Of a DNA stretch of 64,000 bases, positions 61,321-64,000 are shown piece after piece; the stretch's first letter is position 1; each line of letters starts with the position of its first letter. Below the pieces are notes generated by a model. It saw nothing but the letters and a program-made list of their open reading frames with translations, ran no database searches and was not told the origin of the DNA. This DNA comes from Octopus sinensis (lineage: Eukaryota), in NCBI RefSeq assembly GCF_006345805.1, contig NC_043015.1:34038001-34102000 (forward strand), read 5' to 3'. The position numbers and the translations under genes were made by a program.

Positions 61321-64000
61321 AAGTAACTATCTAATTATGCTCTATCTAACCCTCAGCTTTAGTAAAACGACTGTATTATATACAATTGTTGCTTTGTACA
61401 TCAACAATCTGTTTTGTGATATACTAATAGGGTATATATTCTCTGAAAGTATTTACTGTGTGAACAAAATAAGAATTGGTTGTGGTCGTATTGAATGATT
61501 TATGTGCAAACTACACTAATTTAAAGTAACTCTCTTCAGACAGACAGAAAACATTTGTAAATTTTCTCCTGCCATTTCCTTTCAATGGAAGTGTTATTTT
61601 CTGTTAAATATAGTCTTGGAGAATTTGACTATTCTACTAAATAGTCGCATATAAATAAAACTTTCCATTGCCGTTGAAGCTATTTGCCTGTTCGTAGTCA
61701 TAACTAACGACTGTTATATTGTAGCTTTCACCACAAACGCTACATATTAGCTGATTTTATCTTTTGTCACACACACCAAAGAATAATGGTAATTCCAAGG
61801 TTAAAGAGATACTGAAAATAGACAAAAGTAGCCATGGAAATTCAACAGACAGCTTTCTATGAATAAAAACATTTCTTCAAAGTGTTTCTGTATAACAAAT
61901 GAAGTCTAATGAATATATTTTGAAGTTTACTTGTTTTGTCGTTAAGAAAAGTCTAAAAAGTCATCAGTAATTACGGTTGGAATGATTTCCTAAATTCATT
62001 CTGTGTAATCACAGTTTATGACAAACAGAAGAATTGCCTTTCGTTTTAACGTTCTTACTTTTATTGCAAGGGTATCACGTGGATGGTATACGAGGCTGGG
62101 AAATGAATCATGTTGTGTCTGAAGCAAACACACCAAACTTTCTGTGCCACTACCTACCAACAGAATTGAAATTGGTACCAAGACTAGGTGCTATCTATTG
62201 TTGTATTTGACCTCACTGAAGCAGAGGAGTCTTGGTATCCATTTTTATACAGAAGAAGAAGAACTATTATATAAAATGTCATATATAATACGTATGTGTG
62301 TTAAAGGTTCATTTTGTATTCCCAAGGTCCTGGGTTCAATCCCATTGACCAACATCTTGGGTTATACCTTTGTGGGTGAAAATAGCCAGATAGAAAGTGT
62401 ATCATGGCTATCGAATTGTACCAGCAATAAAAAGGCACTGTTTTGTTACACACTGTGTCACACTGATTCTATTTATGTATGTCAAGGGCAGACTTGTTTG
62501 TAGAATTATTTGCAACTTATATGGTTATTCAATGAACAAGAAATTCAGTTGATCAAACTATCGAATTCTCATCATTGAAACTGGTTGAATAACCTGCTTA
62601 AGGAAACTTGAAGTCCTAATCAATGTGAACTTTACAATAAATTTGACTCTACTCTCAGTATTGAGTCCTCATCTAAGTAAATGTTCTGCTGTTATTTTTA
62701 AACTAACATGAAAATAATATTTTCACAGTTTTGTATATATATTGTTTCATGCTAAGGTAGCCTTCCCTTAACCATTATCTAGGGCTTCCTTAACATGAAA
62801 CCAATGATAGCCTTATTTCACAAATAAAGAATCTTTATCCACTAATGCAGTGCTGAGCACTCACTCTCATTGTTTGATACTTACGTACATATATATATAT
62901 ATCCCCTTCTCAAATGGAGCTGGTCTCAGCTGCCATTTGGTAATTGTCACACATCCTCCAGAAGTGGAAAGACTCTAAACACTAAAATGAATGCATGGTT
63001 TACCTATTTAAGAATTTACATTTTTATTTTGGTAATTTTGGAAAACTAAGTTAGTTTTTTTATCCTCCACCCCACTTCATTCAGAATTAACCTGGGGTGA
63101 AAAACAACATCTGTTCATTTCATTGAATTATGAAAGACAAAATGTAACATCACTCTTTGGGTCATTGGAGTTAGAACTAAGCTAAATTCTATACTATATC
63201 TATGTTGGTTCTCTACTGTCTGTGCCATCTCAACTGGTTCTGGATAACTTATAAATTAAGCAGTGCCACATTTCTCTGGAACAGACGGAGAAATTAATTT
63301 TCATTCCACAGAGGTTTCTTTTAAATTAGTCTGATCTTGATTCAAGCATGTAATTAAATTTGACTGGAATTCTTAATTCCAGTTACAGCCAGGAGCATGC
63401 TTACTGAATGGAATGTATTTTTAAAGAGACAAGCAATTCATTAATTTTGTTCAGTTCTTCATATTGTTTTATAATTGCTTAAATCATACAAGCATTGTTG
63501 AAGGATATTTTGGTAAAGTTTCTGTCTTTGGAATTGCAGTTAAATATAACAATGGTGGTCAACACATAGAGGATACTCATAATCTTAGATGGTCAACAAT
63601 TAGTGGATACTCCATAGTAGTTTGTTACTAGCGAGTATACTCCATTATCTCATGAGGCCAACAATAAATGAATACTCCATGACAACTTTGAGCCAATGAT
63701 GGAATTCCTTATAGAATTGTTTGATGTGCTAAGAATAGCAGCTAAGTCGCCCTCAAATTATACCTCTTTATCTTAAACAAAAACAAAAACAACTGACAAA
63801 AGATAATGTCTTTGATGATGTGCAGTGTCTGAGAGGATGGCCATTCCAGGAATGCATTTCATCATAGATTGTTTCAATCCTGAACTGACCATGATCGAAA
63901 CAGCAACTTCTGCCACATGTATACCCTATACCATAAATTATCACATGTTGCCATGTTTGAGAGTTGAATAAATTCTAGGAATTAATTGAATGTCTATTTA

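Overview
This is an AT-rich, microsatellite-dense eukaryotic window, intergenic or intronic. The SINE families look like those of Octopus, but that assignment is from recall and was not searched. No intact host gene, rRNA, true tRNA or CRISPR array is supported, and nearly all long ORFs in the track are microsatellite artefacts. The window is a patchwork of decayed mobile elements: several tRNA-derived SINE families, mariner, Tc1/maT-like, pogo-like and hAT transposase relics, MITEs, a non-autonomous Helitron with canonical termini, RTE, L1/Tx1 and CR1/L2-type LINE fragments, and several Penelope-like element (PLE) fragments (RT, linker, GIY-YIG). The most interesting signal is a set of type I hammerhead ribozyme motifs. 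Four have an intact catalytic core, all on the + strand: a compact one in the loop of a perfect 70-bp inverted repeat (22955-22996), and three with an unusually long structured stem II in PLE-type terminal repeats (47443-47530, 49480-49581, 58916-59021). Several degenerate relics also occur, one inside a tRNA-headed SINE. Other notable structures are a near-perfect 263-bp-arm foldback (2768-3435) and a head-to-head PLE arrangement (47783-49608).
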